From assembly GCF_009834535.1 (NCBI RefSeq), contig NC_045697.1:41046001-41110000 (forward strand): a stretch of 64,000 bases of DNA. Reading direction: 5' to 3'. A program made the position numbers and the translations under genes. This document shows positions 1-12,913 of this stretch, one piece after another; within the stretch, counting starts at the first letter, position 1; every line of letters begins with the position of its first letter. The DNA comes from Camelus ferus (lineage: Eukaryota). The notes under the pieces are model-generated. The model saw only the letters and a list, made by a program, of their open reading frames with translations, did not search any database and was not told the origin of the DNA.

Positions 1-1244
1 AAACAGTATTTTAAAGTAACATCTTTCCCTGTAGGAAAACCATGAAAGAAATTCTTAAAGCTTTTTATTGTAGAAAAATAGTTTTTGCAGAAAGATGCAT
101 AAAACACAAATGTACAATTTAACAAGTTACAAGGAAGAATCATCCCTTTAACGGCTAACCAAGTTAAGAAATAGAACACTGCCTGCAAGTCAGAAGTGCC
201 CTGCACGTACTTCACAGTTACCTCCCTTCTCCCTCCAAGCGTAACCGCTGTCTTGCATGATACTCACTTTGTTGCCATTCTTTATGTTTTTACTACCTAA
301 ATATTCATCCCTATGGAGTGTTCAAGGGTCTAGGGATACAGTAGTGAAAGAAATAGAAATCCCCCCCCCGAAGGAGTTTATATTCTGACACTAAATAATA
401 ATAAATAAAATGTATAAACTGTGTGGTATGTTAGAAGGTAAGAAATGCAAAAAACAAAAAAAAAAAAACCAAACAAAAAAACAAAAAAAAAAACCCCAGA
501 AAACAAAACAAAACGCAGAGCTGGAATTTGCTTGGCTCTCTCAGCAGGTAATGATTTCAACATCAGAAGGGAGATAAAGGGAGAATTAAAAGTATGGAGG
601 GAAAAAAATAAATGCAAAGAAGGAGAAAGGAATAAAGGGGAAAAAGAGAAGAGGGAACAACAGAAGAAGGAGAAATAGAATGTCAATGGGGAAGAAAACA
701 TAACAGATGTTAAGAAGAGGGAAGGAAGGGAAGTAAGAATGAGGCAGAGAAAGAAAGCTGTGAGGTTAAAAGTTCTCCCTCATCTGGAGAGTTACAGAAA
801 AGACCCTGAGCTGGAACCACTTTATTTACATTTTGGTGAAACTAAATTCTTAATCCGAGAGGGCAATTTCCTATATTTTCCATTGCTTCCATTTGTTTAA
901 TATAAATTTATTCTTTGTCAGCTAAAACTTAGCTTTCGTGAAAGCACTCTTTAATACTTTACAAAATTCAAGCGGCTATTTTAGAGACGGATGTTTTACA
1001 GCCCATAATAGATGACTGGGCTGAGCAGAGGCTATGCAACATGCCTGGACTTTGTAAGAATTGACAACTATTAATAAAGTATTTTTCTTAAAAAAAAAAA
1101 AAAAAAAGCAGAGCAAGGTAAGGGGATTGGCAATGCAGGGGCGAGGGTAGGGAACACTAGAGTGTTAGGGAAAGTCTCCTGGAGCAAAGGCTTGATGGAG
1201 GGGAGTGCCATCCTGTCTGGAGAAAGTCTGTTTAAAAGCCTCAG

Positions 1245-1990
1245 GTGGTGTATTTTGTTTCGTAGGGCTGTTCTAACAAAGTACCACAAGCAGGGTGGCT
1301 TAAAACAACACGCATTTTATTCCTTCATGCCTTGAAGGGCCAGAAGTCTGAAATCAAGGCGTTGGCAAGCTTAAGTTCTCTTTGGAGGCTCTGAGGGAGA
1401 ACCTGTTCCTTGCTTCTTTAACTTCTGATCCTTGCTGGAAAACCTTGGCCTTCCTGGGCTTACAGACACATCACTCTGTTCTTTGCCTCTCTTGTCATGT
1501 GGAGATCTTCCTTTAGGTCCCTGTCTTTTTTGTAAGGACACAGTGATTGTATTTAGGACCCATGCTAATCCAATAAGACCTCATCTTTTTTAAAGAAAAT
1601 TTTTATTGAAGTGTCATCGATTTACAATGTTGTGTTAGTTTCAGGTGTACAGCAAAGTAATTCAGTTATATATATTGTGTGTATATATATATATATTACA
1701 TATATATAATATAGATGTATATATTATTTTTCAGATTCTTTTCCATTACAGGTTATTACAAGATATTGAATATAGTTCCCTGTGCTCTACAGTAGGTCCT
1801 TGTTGATCTATTTTATACATAGTAGTGTGTATCTGTTAATCCCAAACTCCAGTGTATCCCTCCAGTACAATCTCATCTTAACTTCATTACATCTGCAAAG
1901 ACTCTAAATAAGGTCCAAACAAGGTCACATTCATACGTACTGGGAGTTAGGACCTCACCACATCTTCAGGGGACACAATTCAACCCGAGA
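1245..1990. mobile_element. MaLR (MLT1-type) LTR interrupted by an L1 3' end
   Basis: MLT1-like motifs (AGGGCTGTTCTAACAAAGTACCACAA, AAGTCTGAAATCAAGG, GGGGACACAATTCAACCC); boundaries approximate. Confidence 0.7.
1590..1862 (-). mobile_element. 5'-truncated young L1 3' end
   Basis: TTTTATTGAAGT..TTTACAATGTTGTGTTAGTTTCAGGTGTACAGCAAAG..; CTCATCTT present on both sides (TSD-like). Confidence 0.8.
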
Positions 1991-3473
1991 CTTGAATACA
2001 CCCTGCGGGCTTGGGAAACAGCAAGGAAGCCAGGGAGGCTAGAGCTGCTTAGATACATTTGAGAGAGACTTTGCTTAACTGTAGGGTAGAGAGGAGTTCG
2101 TTTTAGCATTGCTTTACCTCTATTTCTTTCTCGAGTATATAGTATATATGGGATCAACCTTAAAATTTAAAAGCATATTAGTTTGCAGGGCCTACTAATG
2201 AGCTGCAGGGGGTGTCCGTTGATTTATTGTTGGTACCGTGAAAGTAGAAATGGAACCTGAGAGACAGTTAAGAATTGGTGACTCTGGCTGATAATTCAGG
2301 ATTGATTTTAAGCAGATCACTCTGGCTGCTGTGTTGAGAACTGTAATGTCCAAGATTCATAGGTCTGATGCTAGTTAACCTAGTAAAGTTGACCGATACC
2401 CAGCTAATCAGAGGCACGGCAGGGATTCAGACCCACGCAGTCTGGCACCAGGACCCATGCATTGGACTTCCACCGCACTGCTACCTGCAGGGTGCCTCCA
2501 CTCCTGGTGTTAACCCCCTGTGTTATCTCAGGCACCACTGGCAGAATAATACTCTCCTTGCTGCTTTCAATTACTTGCTTTTGACGCCAAAACCCAGGAG
2601 GGAGCCAAGAACAGGGGAGAGCCTGTGTTCTGGCCAGTGGAGCCAGAGAAAGAGGAGTCTGGTCTTTCTGTCAAGCACAGTAAATCCTATTTCCTCTCAA
2701 AACTCACACAGGTACATTGTTCAGTAAAGGAAGTAGAGCAGATCTTGGGCAGCCAAAAAAAGAAAAGGGAAAGAAGAAAAAGAAAACACACACACACAAA
2801 GTTAACTGTGTTAACTATGTGGAGTGATGGATGTGTTTATTACCTTGATCCTGGCAATCATTTTATAATGTATATGCATACCAAAATCATCACTTTGTAC
2901 ACTTTAAATACATACAATTATATTTGTCAATTACCCTTTGATAAAATTGAAGAAAAAGAATTTGTCTTAGGGGTTTAGGCAGACAAAACAATTAAGGAGT
3001 TAAATTCACAGACAGGTTTAACATTAGGAAGTCAGTGTTTGAGCATGTATAACAGATCCTACACTTCGAAATAATTCCTTTTTTAAAGATCCTGAATTTT
3101 GGTAGATTGATATTTATTGCCTATGGGGGCTTATATGAATTCTAATTTTAGATTTTGGCTTAAAAAAAGAAACTTAATTGTTTTAAGACAACTTTTACAA
3201 CTGACAAAAAGAGAGGCAATAACTTCTTTTTCCACATTTCTCCAAGCTGAGAATGTATACTTTTCATAATTGACTTAACTCTTCGAAGGAAAAGAGCTTT
3301 TCTTACACATGGGGGGAGGGGGGAAAAGGGGGAAGTTTAGACTGCAGGGGCTGATCACAGAAACTTGCATACAGAAAAGTGCTCAATAGATATGTGTTAA
3401 TTGGCTTAAATTTATTGAATTAAAGCTCAGGATGGAATATGGATCTCTGAAATGAATAAAATTAAGAACATAT

Positions 3474-3644
3474 AAAAGATGTTTTGAACAGGACCGAATA
3501 TCAAAGCCAATTATCAAGGACCTTCTGGTATGGACCAAATGTCTCAATGGACACTTTGGATATGATCAAAGGTCCTGCAAAGTTAATGAATGTTTCATGT
3601 AAGTGGGTAATATAAAAGCTTTAAGTTGTAAAAAAGAAAAAAAA
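3474..3644 (+). mobile_element. Poly(A)-tailed retrotransposed insertion of unidentified origin
   Basis: Exact 10-bp direct repeat AAGAACATAT at 3464-3473 and 3645-3654; A-tail at ~3630-3644. Confidence 0.65.
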
Positions 3645-5507
3645 AAGAACATATCATATGGATATGGTAAACCTGGGATATATATCTCCAAAAGAAAAGA
3701 TTTTAGGATTAAAAAAAATGGTATCCTTTTGTACATTAACTATAAAGAATTCTTTACATAAATATACCAAAACACAAAATAGGTAAAATTATTATCATTT
3801 ACTAACTTATTAAAGACTTAGTGCTGTAATATTTATATATAGGATTTAGACAAATTCATGGAACCAAGCATAAAAACATTTCTGAGATCTATATATTAGG
3901 TTTCATAAATGATACAAAGGCTTAGAAATCGTTCATATTTACGGAGTCTCCAGCCCAGGTGTTTTGGCTTCCTAGTTAGACTCTTCCTATCAGAGCACAT
4001 CACCTCTTCACATGGTCTTTCTCCTCAGGAAAAGAGTTCAACTGATGTGATTTATAATGTATTTGAAGAGTCAGTAAAATGTGACTCATTTTAACAAATG
4101 AATAACTAGAGATCTATTGTTTTCTGATTGCTCCTACTTTCCTACCTACTCTTAAAGTAACACTATAAATAAGCATGAAATTGAAATGTCAATCGGGCTG
4201 AAGCAGATAAATCCTTTCATTAGAACACTATAGGACGACACTGTTACACTGCCAGAGGCCTCATATACTAAGCTGGGTAAAGACCTTTCTTCCTATTCTT
4301 ACAACAAATGCTTTATGCTTGTGCAATGGAGGAATTCAAGTGTCGCTGTCAGGGGCTGAGCCCTCCTGATGTAAACAACTGCATGGCAGATGCAGGATAG
4401 TGGTGCTGTCCTGAGACCAGCCAGGGATCCCCACCAGGGATCCAGGTTTTGTACTGGGGAGAATCCTAGGCTGTAAATCACATGCCATAGTCTTGGATCA
4501 GGATAATGGATTCTCATCTGCTTTGCCTCCCGCAGAACAGAATGGGTACCTGAGAAACTGTAACTTCTGCCTCTAAGGGGAGCAGCGAAGACTGGACACT
4601 AGCTGTGGCTATTAATTTCTGTTCTGGTCAGAAAATAATGTGTTTAAGGTACAGAAACCTACCCAATTGACCTCAAATAAAATGGATGTGTAGTGAATGT
4701 TGTTGCTAGGATGCAATGGAAATCTCACGGACAAAGGGACATATAGTCCACCCAGAAGATCCAGAGAACTCAAAGGAGGTAGGTCAGGAGTGAAACTGAC
4801 CTGGGTTAAATTTGGCTCTGCAACTTACTAGTTGTATAATTGTATGTAAGTCATTCTGTAATCCTATAAACTCTTTTCCCCTTAACTGTACTAGGGAAAC
4901 CATTGTCTTCTTTCCTCCTAAGCTGTGAGGGTCAGATGTCATGTCAGATGGCCAAGAATGATGGCTGGCATGGAGTAGGCGCCCAATAATATGCTTTAAA
5001 ATGATTCAGTGCTCTAAGTGTGGCTCATGGGAGAGTCATGGGGCAACCCTGGAAATAGAAGAGATGGTTTAGGGAGTAGGTGATGAATTATATTTTGGAT
5101 ATGTTGAAATTTTCACTGAACAGGATATTCAGGTAGGAAGTTCCCACAAACCATGCAAATGCAGGATATGAATTCAGGAAAGAAGGCAAGGCTGGCTAGA
5201 GAATCAGATTTGGGGCCCATGCAAAGAGAAGTGAGTTACATCAGCAAGAGGAGAGCTGCTGAGAGCACTGGTGTAGAATAAATAGGGGAAGATGGGCATG
5301 CACAAAATTAAGGGGAGGAAGAAGAGGATGGAAACCAGGGAAGGAGTGGTTAGAGAGGTAAGAGAATTAAGAAGTTGCTTGTACAAAGGGGTTGAGAATA
5401 TTTAGGGCTTTCAGTGCTGTTAAGTTCTTTGGTGATTTTTTAAAAAGTACATTAAATCTTCATTAATTAATTAGGATGTTAAATGGGCAATTACTGTTTT
5501 CTAAGAA

Positions 5508-5697
5508 TTTTTTTTATTGAAGTATAGTCAATTTACAATATTGTGTCAATGTCTGGTGTACAGCATAATAGTTCAGTCATACATATATATACATACATTT
5601 GTTTTCATATTCTTTTTCAGTATAGGTTATTACAAGATATTGAGTATAGTTTCCTGTGCTATACAGTGTAAACTTGTTTATCTATTTTATATATGTA
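5508..5697 (-). mobile_element. 5'-truncated young L1 3' end
   Basis: TTTTTTATTGAAGTATAGTCAATTTACAATATTGTGTCAAT..CCTGTGCTATACAG. Confidence 0.8.
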
Positions 5698-6239
5698 TCT
5701 TTGATGATTTAAACACTTTTGCAGATGAATTGCTTTATCATTGTCTTAGAGCTGGTGTCATTCCTAGAGAAGTTTTGGGGGTAGCCATGAAAAAGTGTAT
5801 GCTGCATCTGTAATTTATATATTAAAAGAAATAAAACATTGCTCTTTTAAATTAAAAGAGAATACATATGAGAAATTAATAGAATGTTTGAAAAGGGGAG
5901 TTGTAATAATATTTACAAGTATATACTCTAAAACCTTGCCCTAATTACTAATTACAATCTTGGAGGAATGTATAGTGTGGTAGAGAAAGCAAAATATCAG
6001 ATAGTGTTGGGTCAAATCCTGTGATCTGCTTGAGGTGCCTGTTTTTTCCTTCTCTAATAACGCAAAAATCACATCACTAAATTAAGTAATAGCATCTACT
6101 GATGTGATAATTACATGAGACAATGTATATGAAGTACCTTAAACAGTGCCCAATGCATAGTTAATGTTATCACACAAGTATTGTTTTTGTATTATGATTA
6201 TTACACCTCCTTGGCAGTCCTCCTTGTACTTTAGTTTTA

Positions 6240-6255
6240 CCACTAGGTGGCAGCA
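6240..6255 (+). promoter_or_regulatory. Candidate CTCF binding site
   Basis: CCACTAGGTGGCAGCA closely matches the CTCF core consensus CCACYAGRKGGCRS. Confidence 0.6.
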
Positions 6256-8199
6256 ATGCTCTCTTAACCAATTTAAATGAAAGGTGGCAACTTTCTGAAA
6301 TAGTTGAGATCAGTGAAGATCTTTCCTTATTCAATAGGAAGATGTGTGTAGGGCACCAGAAAAACAGGGGGAGAGAGATTAGAGATCGAGATAGAGATAG
6401 AGAAAAAAGGAGAGAAGGGAGAAAGGGAATGAAGGGAGAGGGAGGGGAGGAGAGAGGAGAGATGTTTAGAAATAATTTCATATTTCATAAGAAAATACTG
6501 AAGTAGTGATTATGGGCAGGGGGAACAAGACCCATATTGGATACCCTTCCACATTCTGTAGAATTTAGTGTTATTTTTGTTTACAAATACACATGGGGGA
6601 ATGATGGTTATCATATACTGCTGACCCTTGAAAAATGAAGGTTATACATACCACATCTTCTTTTTCCAGTCATTTGTCAATGGACATTTAGGTTGTTTCC
6701 ATATCTTGACTATTACAAATAGTGCTGCTGTGAACATTGGGGTGCATATATCTTCTTGAATTAGAGTCTTCTCCAGATATATGCCCAGGAGTGGGATTGC
6801 TATATCATAGGGTACGTCTATTTAAATGATGAACATTTATAATCTTATATTTTCTGAGGGCCGTGAATCATGCAGTGTCTTACCATGTGAATTTCTCCAT
6901 AAGTTGGTTTGTGTCCTCCCCACATGGCAGCTGACCTCTTCCAGGGTTAGTGATCCAAGAGAGACGACAAGAAGGTTAAGCCACAATACCTTTGATGACC
7001 AAGTTTCAAAAGTCATACTCTAACTGCCACCATTTTTGTTTGAAGTGAGTCACATAGGAAATAACTAAACACAAGTGTCAGGAATAATATAAGTATACAG
7101 AAATGAAGTTCCCATGTAGACAAATTAGACTATCTGGTCTCTCTCAGTGTGATCCTGAACCCACTGCATTCTTTCTCTGCATCTTGATTTCTTCATCTAT
7201 AAAAAGAGAACAGGTCACGACACCATGGCTACTTCAACTCTAAGGTGGCCTATCTCTGCCCCATCTGAGTGTGACTTCAGTTAATAACTTGGTCTCAGTT
7301 TTTTCATTTCTAAAACGAAATGATCCTAAAAGTGGCTTTCAAACTTTTTAGATCCACTGTAAGAACTACAGTTATATTGAAACAGCGCATACACACAGGC
7401 ATGTGTATGAGAAATGAAAGTTCCACAAAACAATTCTTAAAAATACTTATTTGCATGTTGTACTCTCATTCCCCTCCCCCAGGCTATGCTAATTAATTTA
7501 AAAAATTCAGGTCAAATCCTACTATGTTGATTTCACAATCCAAAGATAGCGTCACCATTCTTTGTGTTAAAATACTAACAGCCCCTTTCACTCCTGGCTT
7601 CTCAGGGGAGTCCTCATCTTCCAGTTTCTTGGAGGCACAAAAGTACCCTCTACAGGTGGGTCAACCCTGCCAGCCTGTTCTAATTAGGCAGGAGCTAGTA
7701 TCAGAAGTAGCTTGTCAGGGTGGAAAGGGTATTGCGTTTACCTTCAAAAGTTGGCCCTGTAACTCACCACTATCTGACCTTGGGCAGTCCTTTAGCCTCT
7801 CTTAGCGGAATCCTCCTCTCTACAATTCAAATAGTAAGTACTCCCTTGCCCATCCCGTAAAGTTTTCCTAGGTTCAAAATTAGATAATTGGGCACTTATC
7901 CTGTGGCAGAGAATATTTACAGACCCCATCTTTGACCCACACAACCACCCTGTAAGATAATAGAGTAGTTTACTTGCTTTATAGGTGAAGAAATGTAGGC
8001 CTAGAGAACTTACGTAGGCAAGATCTTAAAGTTAGCAAGTGGCAGACCTAGAATTCCAAACCAGTCCTTACTCCAAAACCCTCATGCAAAATGGAGGCAA
8101 ACTATTTTCACCTGACGTTAAGTCGTGATCATCTGACATATCAAAATAGCAACACATTCTGAATCCCCCCGGTGTAATGACTTCAGAAAGGAGTCCGTC

Positions 8200-9365
8200 A
8201 GGCCTTGTTTTCTGATCCTATTTTGCTCTTAACGCGGGCCACGAGTTTCGAGATTTAGCGTTTAAAACGCCTTGACGCACCAGGACGTGTGACCTCTAAC
8301 AACGCTTCCGCTCCTCCAGAGGCACCCGTGAGACTCGCTCCCGGTCAACACGTCGGGATTGGGCACATTTCTGTAAGTGGTGCCCTCAGACCTCTTCTCA
8401 CAGCCCCCTCACATCTGGAAGTGTGGTTTTCATGCAAAGGCCTCGCTTACAGCCCTCTCTTTCGCTGTGGGCTTTGCTCCGTCAAGCGTGACCCGGTCCT
8501 CGGCCGTGGGACACGGAGCACCCCGCCCCCGGCACCGAGGGGACCCCGCGGGGGCCTTATCCCGGGCCCGGCGCCCAGGCTCTCTCGCGGGTGGGACCCG
8601 CACCACAAAGCCCTTTATTGAGGCCCGGGCTTGACGCGGGGCCGCCCGCGGCTCCGGGCGCGAGCAGAAAAGAGGCGTGTGCGCGGCCATGTGCGCCTAG
8701 ATGGGCGCGCGCTCTGCCCTGGATCCGCGCGGCACCGCCGCCCCCCAACTACCCCAACCCGCCAGACCCCCTAGTGCCGGTAATCAGGCGCCGGCCCTTT
8801 CTGCGGGGGTCCTGTCTCGCGAGGCCCAAGGCGCACCCCCCTCCCCGGCGTGTGGGGTGCGGGTGGGAGGAGGAGCGAGGCGGGACGGCGCGCGGGACGG
8901 CCCTCCCCTCTCTCCTTCTTTTCCTCCCGCTCCTCCTCTCCCCTCCCCCTCCTTTCTTTCTCCCTTCCCCCCTCCCCCTCCCTTCCCCTCTCCTTTCCCC
9001 CCTCCTCCCCTCTCCCTCCCCCCTCCCCTCTCCCTTCCCCCCTCCTTCCGTCTCCCTTCCCCCCTCCTCCCCTCCCCTCTCCCTTCCTCTCCCCACCTCC
9101 GGCCCTGCGGCGGCCGCCGACTCCCCCGAGCCGGTTTTTACTGGAATTTGCGCATCCCGCGGGGAGGAGACTCCGAAGAAGCGTGCTCATGAGGGGAAGT
9201 GGTAGTGGTACTTAAAGTGGGCCAATTTTCAAGTTCAGATTTTTGAAAAAGGGAAAACCTGGGAAGGTTTGTATCCTTTAAAAGGCTCGGGCGGGGGACG
9301 GGAAGTTCCTGGGCCCTGAGAGCTATTTGTCGCTTAAGATTGCTCCAGTCAGACACGTTTTGGTG
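8200..9365 (+). promoter_or_regulatory. C4orf36: CpG island; probable promoter and non-coding first exon of C4orf36
   Basis: Sharp rise in GC and CpG density; GC boxes; candidate donor TG|GTAAGG at 9365/9366 and acceptor TTTCAG| at 9654/9655 ahead of the ATG exon. Confidence 0.8.
8901..9100. repeat. ~200-bp polypyrimidine/polypurine (CCCT/CCCCT-rich) low-complexity tract
   Basis: Almost only C/T on + (about three purines). Confidence 0.95.
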
Positions 9366-9726
9366 GTAAGGTGTTGAGCCAGTTTGGCTGGCTTAGGCAG
9401 TGACAGAGTATCAGGACGGAATGCCAATGTATTAACCTGGCATTTTCTTCTTACTTGGGAAGAAATGATAAAATGAGTTCGTGGAAAGTAAACGAGAACA
9501 CAGTTCTACATTAGGAGTTCTGTTCAATGAACATTGATTAGGGACGTTCTGACATTTAGAAGTTTTGGGGGGAATCTTTTTATTATTTGAATATAAACAT
9601 AGTCAAGTGCATATTTTATTTTAATAGTAATTAGATGTGTTGCAATCATTTCAGGCAAAGTGAACGGAAGATCTGAGTCATTACATCAGGCACCTGTGTT
9701 AGGAAATTGGACTGTAACAATTCACC

Positions 9727-9791
9727 ATGGCTTATGGTTTGCCAAGAAGGAATACAGTGAAAACCATTTTACGGAGCAGTTGTTACGAAGT
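9727..9791 (+). CDS. C4orf36: C4orf36 homologue, coding exon 1 of 3 (MAYGLPRRNTVKTILRSSCYEV)
   Basis: Strong Kozak CACCATGG; donor GTAAGT at 9792; resembles recalled human N-terminus MAYGVPRKNTVKTILRGSCY; syntenic with SLC10A6. Confidence 0.92.
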
Positions 9792-12527
9792 GTAAGTATT
9801 TTTTTCACAGTAAAAGTAAACACTGACCGTCGTGGAGAGTGTTCTTGTTAAAATAAAAGTACTGGGCATGTTTACACTAGGCTATGTGTGGCATTTTCAG
9901 GGGTTGGGGTATTGATTTTTTTTTTTTAAAGAAGATGCTTTTGTAAGGATATATAAATTTTCTTAGTTGGTCTTTACAACAAAACAACACTTTAAAATGA
10001 GGAAACTGAGGTTTGGAGAAGTGATTTGATCAAAGTCCCACAGTCATGTAGTAAGGAAGTGACTGGTTTAGAAGTCTGAGTCTTCTTACTCCAAAGCAAC
10101 ATTTTCTGCTGTAGACAACCACCTTAAAATACCTCTTTAGATAGTGTAAATCTACCTAAAATGCGTTGGTGCCAGGTACATCTTAACAGGACACTTAATT
10201 AGCAGATATAGACAGTTTTGCATTCTGTAAGCTTGGGCAGGCAATGTATGGACAACATGGGCTTTGCAGTTAAGAAGACCTGGGCTCAAATCCTGGCCTT
10301 ACCCGGGCTCCCTCTGTGGCCTTGAGTAAATTACTTAACTTCTCCGTGCCTTGGCCTCCGTGTCTGTGACGGAGGCCTATCAATACCTGCCTATGCGGTG
10401 TGGACTACAAATGAAGTGATGTATGTAGAGTACTTGCACGTTGCCTGAGGTATAGCAGGCCCGTAATGAACATGGTTTGCTGCCATATAGTAGTATCACT
10501 CTGTAGTATTGTCGTGCTACCTTGTTTTTAATTTTTGGATTTTTTTTTTAACGTCTCTGCCACAGTCAATGACATATTCATTGATGTGAGTCAATTAAAT
10601 TTTACTTTTTGACAGCGTTCTAAGAAGTATATGGATACACCTCACGGAGTTGGAAAACCAGAGAAAGCTCACCATCATATTCTATTAAGATTTATCAATT
10701 CAGTATGTGATTAGACCTTCAGCTGTAGGCAGGTACCACTATAGTCATCATTATAAACGGAATTTTTATAACAAAGATATTCCTGTGTCTGAAGAATGAT
10801 TTAAAGCTCTGATTCTGTGGTTTTGGTTATACAGAAATTTGTATCATAAATAATATCTTCAAAACCAGTGTCGTCTTTATCATTCTCACAGGAAGGTATT
10901 TGATATCATACTATTTACAAGAGCAGCTAAATTAAGAGGAGAACAGTAGTAGCACTCTTTGGAGTTCGTTTGCTAAAGCAGCTCCTCACCTTGGACTTTT
11001 CTTGGTTGAGTGTTTTTAAAAGATTAGTAAACAAATACACTAAAAACATTCAAACAGTATAGAAGCATTTGGAAGGAAAATAAAAATGTTATCTCTCATA
11101 TCCCTATTCCCATCCCCCCTCAGTCCCACTCAGGTAAGATGTTTTATATTTTTCTAGAATTTCTGTCTGTTATACAAGATACAACACACTGACACGTACA
11201 CACATGTGTATGTACACATGTATTTACTTGTGGGATTATATTGAACTTTGCTCCCTCTCCCCCCTACATATCCTGCACAGCCTAGTGGTTAAGAGCACAG
11301 ATTCTAAAGTCTGACTTTCTGGGTTCAAATTCCAAAGCCACGATCAACAGCCTTATGATCTTGAGCAAGTTCTCTGTTCTTGTTTCCTAATCTGTAAAAT
11401 GAGTATAATAACAGCACCTGCCTACTTCACGGGGTTACTGTGGCAATTAAAAGTATTTATACGTGTAAACTGATTAAAGCAGCATCTAGCAGATAGTAGG
11501 TGTTAGGTAAGCATTAGCTGTTTTATTGCTTATCTTTCCAAGTCAGTATATAAGGATGAACCTCATTCTTTGATTATGTGTAATACAGTTTGTTTAATAA
11601 CCAGGCTCTTCTTGATAGACATTAAAGCTATTTTGTGGGTTTTAGGAGGACAAACAATGTTACATTGAGCATTCTTATAAACACATCTTTGTGTGTTTGT
11701 TCAAGTGCATGTATAATTGTAGACTTCAAGTCAGTCATTAAGATTGGATGATAACGTAACAAGGAAGCTGGAGGAGGAAAGCAGACAGCATGTGTGCAAT
11801 ACCCTCACTTCCCCTACTTGTACCAAAGCAGGTCGTCCACCTTTCCTCATGCCTGCAGATGAGAAATGTAGCTGATAAGTTAAATTTCCAAATTAGGATA
11901 CATAAACAAATCCATTAAGATTTCATTGATTATTTTAAAATATTGTAGCTTAGGATTTCATTCCCTTCTCTGGTTTTCCAAGGCTTCTCTTGGTACTAGT
12001 GCTTCTAAATATACCTTGGGTTCATACCAGCTCTGGTTCTCAGTTAACTTCTGAGTCTCTGTTTCTTTGTCTACCTCCATGGTGGTTGTAAAGATTAAAA
12101 TCAGATCACACACTCAAAGACTTAGTGTGTGCCAAGCATCCTGCTCAGTGCATGATTATTCCCTTTGTTCCTTCTGTAATGTGACCATATTTTTGATCAG
12201 CCAAAAAGGACTTGGAGCTTATAGTTCTTAACTACATCCTATTTAAAGACATGGAAAGATTGGATTGACTCCCAAGGAGGCTGTTTTTTGAGCAAATGTT
12301 CCTGTCATTTTAACTTATGTTCATTTTTTTAGTATATCTCTACATTAGTTAATATAAAGCTCCTTCTCCTGACTTGATTTGCAACTCTGGGAAATCCTGA
12401 ATACTCTCCTGTAAATAAACCAAAATGTGTAATGGAAAATGGAACTGAAAATTAAGATGTCATCTCTATATCCTGCAGTAGATGTCAATAAATATTTATT
12501 GACTGAATTAATGAACTTTTGCTTCAG

Positions 12528-12682
12528 ACAGGAACCCTGGGAACTTGCACTGCTTACGAAGACCTGGCACACAAACCTAGCCAACATCAAGTTGCCTTTC
12601 TTGAAAGAAATTGCATTTGGTGGTTCCATACGCCTCAAAAAATGTAAAACCACTAAGGATGGTCTGGTCCCTTCAGCAGAAT
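12528..12682 (+). CDS. C4orf36: C4orf36 homologue, coding exon 2 of 3 (QEPWELALLTKTWHTNLANIKLPFL...DGLVPSAE)
   Basis: Acceptor TTCAG|, donor |GTAAGT, 155 nt, phase-compatible with neighbouring exons. Confidence 0.93.
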
Positions 12683-12913
12683 GTAAGTTCTGTTAAAACT
12701 ACTTTAATAAATTGCAAATTTTGTGTGCATTATTTTGATTAGAGAAATGTTCAAATCTGCTCATTCACACCCGTACTCCCTTTCTATGTAGCCCTGTCTC
12801 CTTGTTTCAGATTCAAGAATGTGAGTTTTGCTGTGTGGTAAATATTCATTTTTGACTGAATTATGCTTGGTAAAAAATGTCAGTTGGATTGCTTCATATA
12901 TTTTATTTTTCAG

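Noticed and set aside
378..760. ORFs of 77-107 aa in A/GA-rich sequence
   Set aside because: Low-complexity simple repeats with Lys- or Phe-biased translations; no gene structure.
8289..9215. Many overlapping ORFs up to 204 aa (Pro/Ser- or Gly/Glu/Arg-rich)
   Set aside because: Expected from stop-codon scarcity in a CpG island and CT tract; no recognisable domain.
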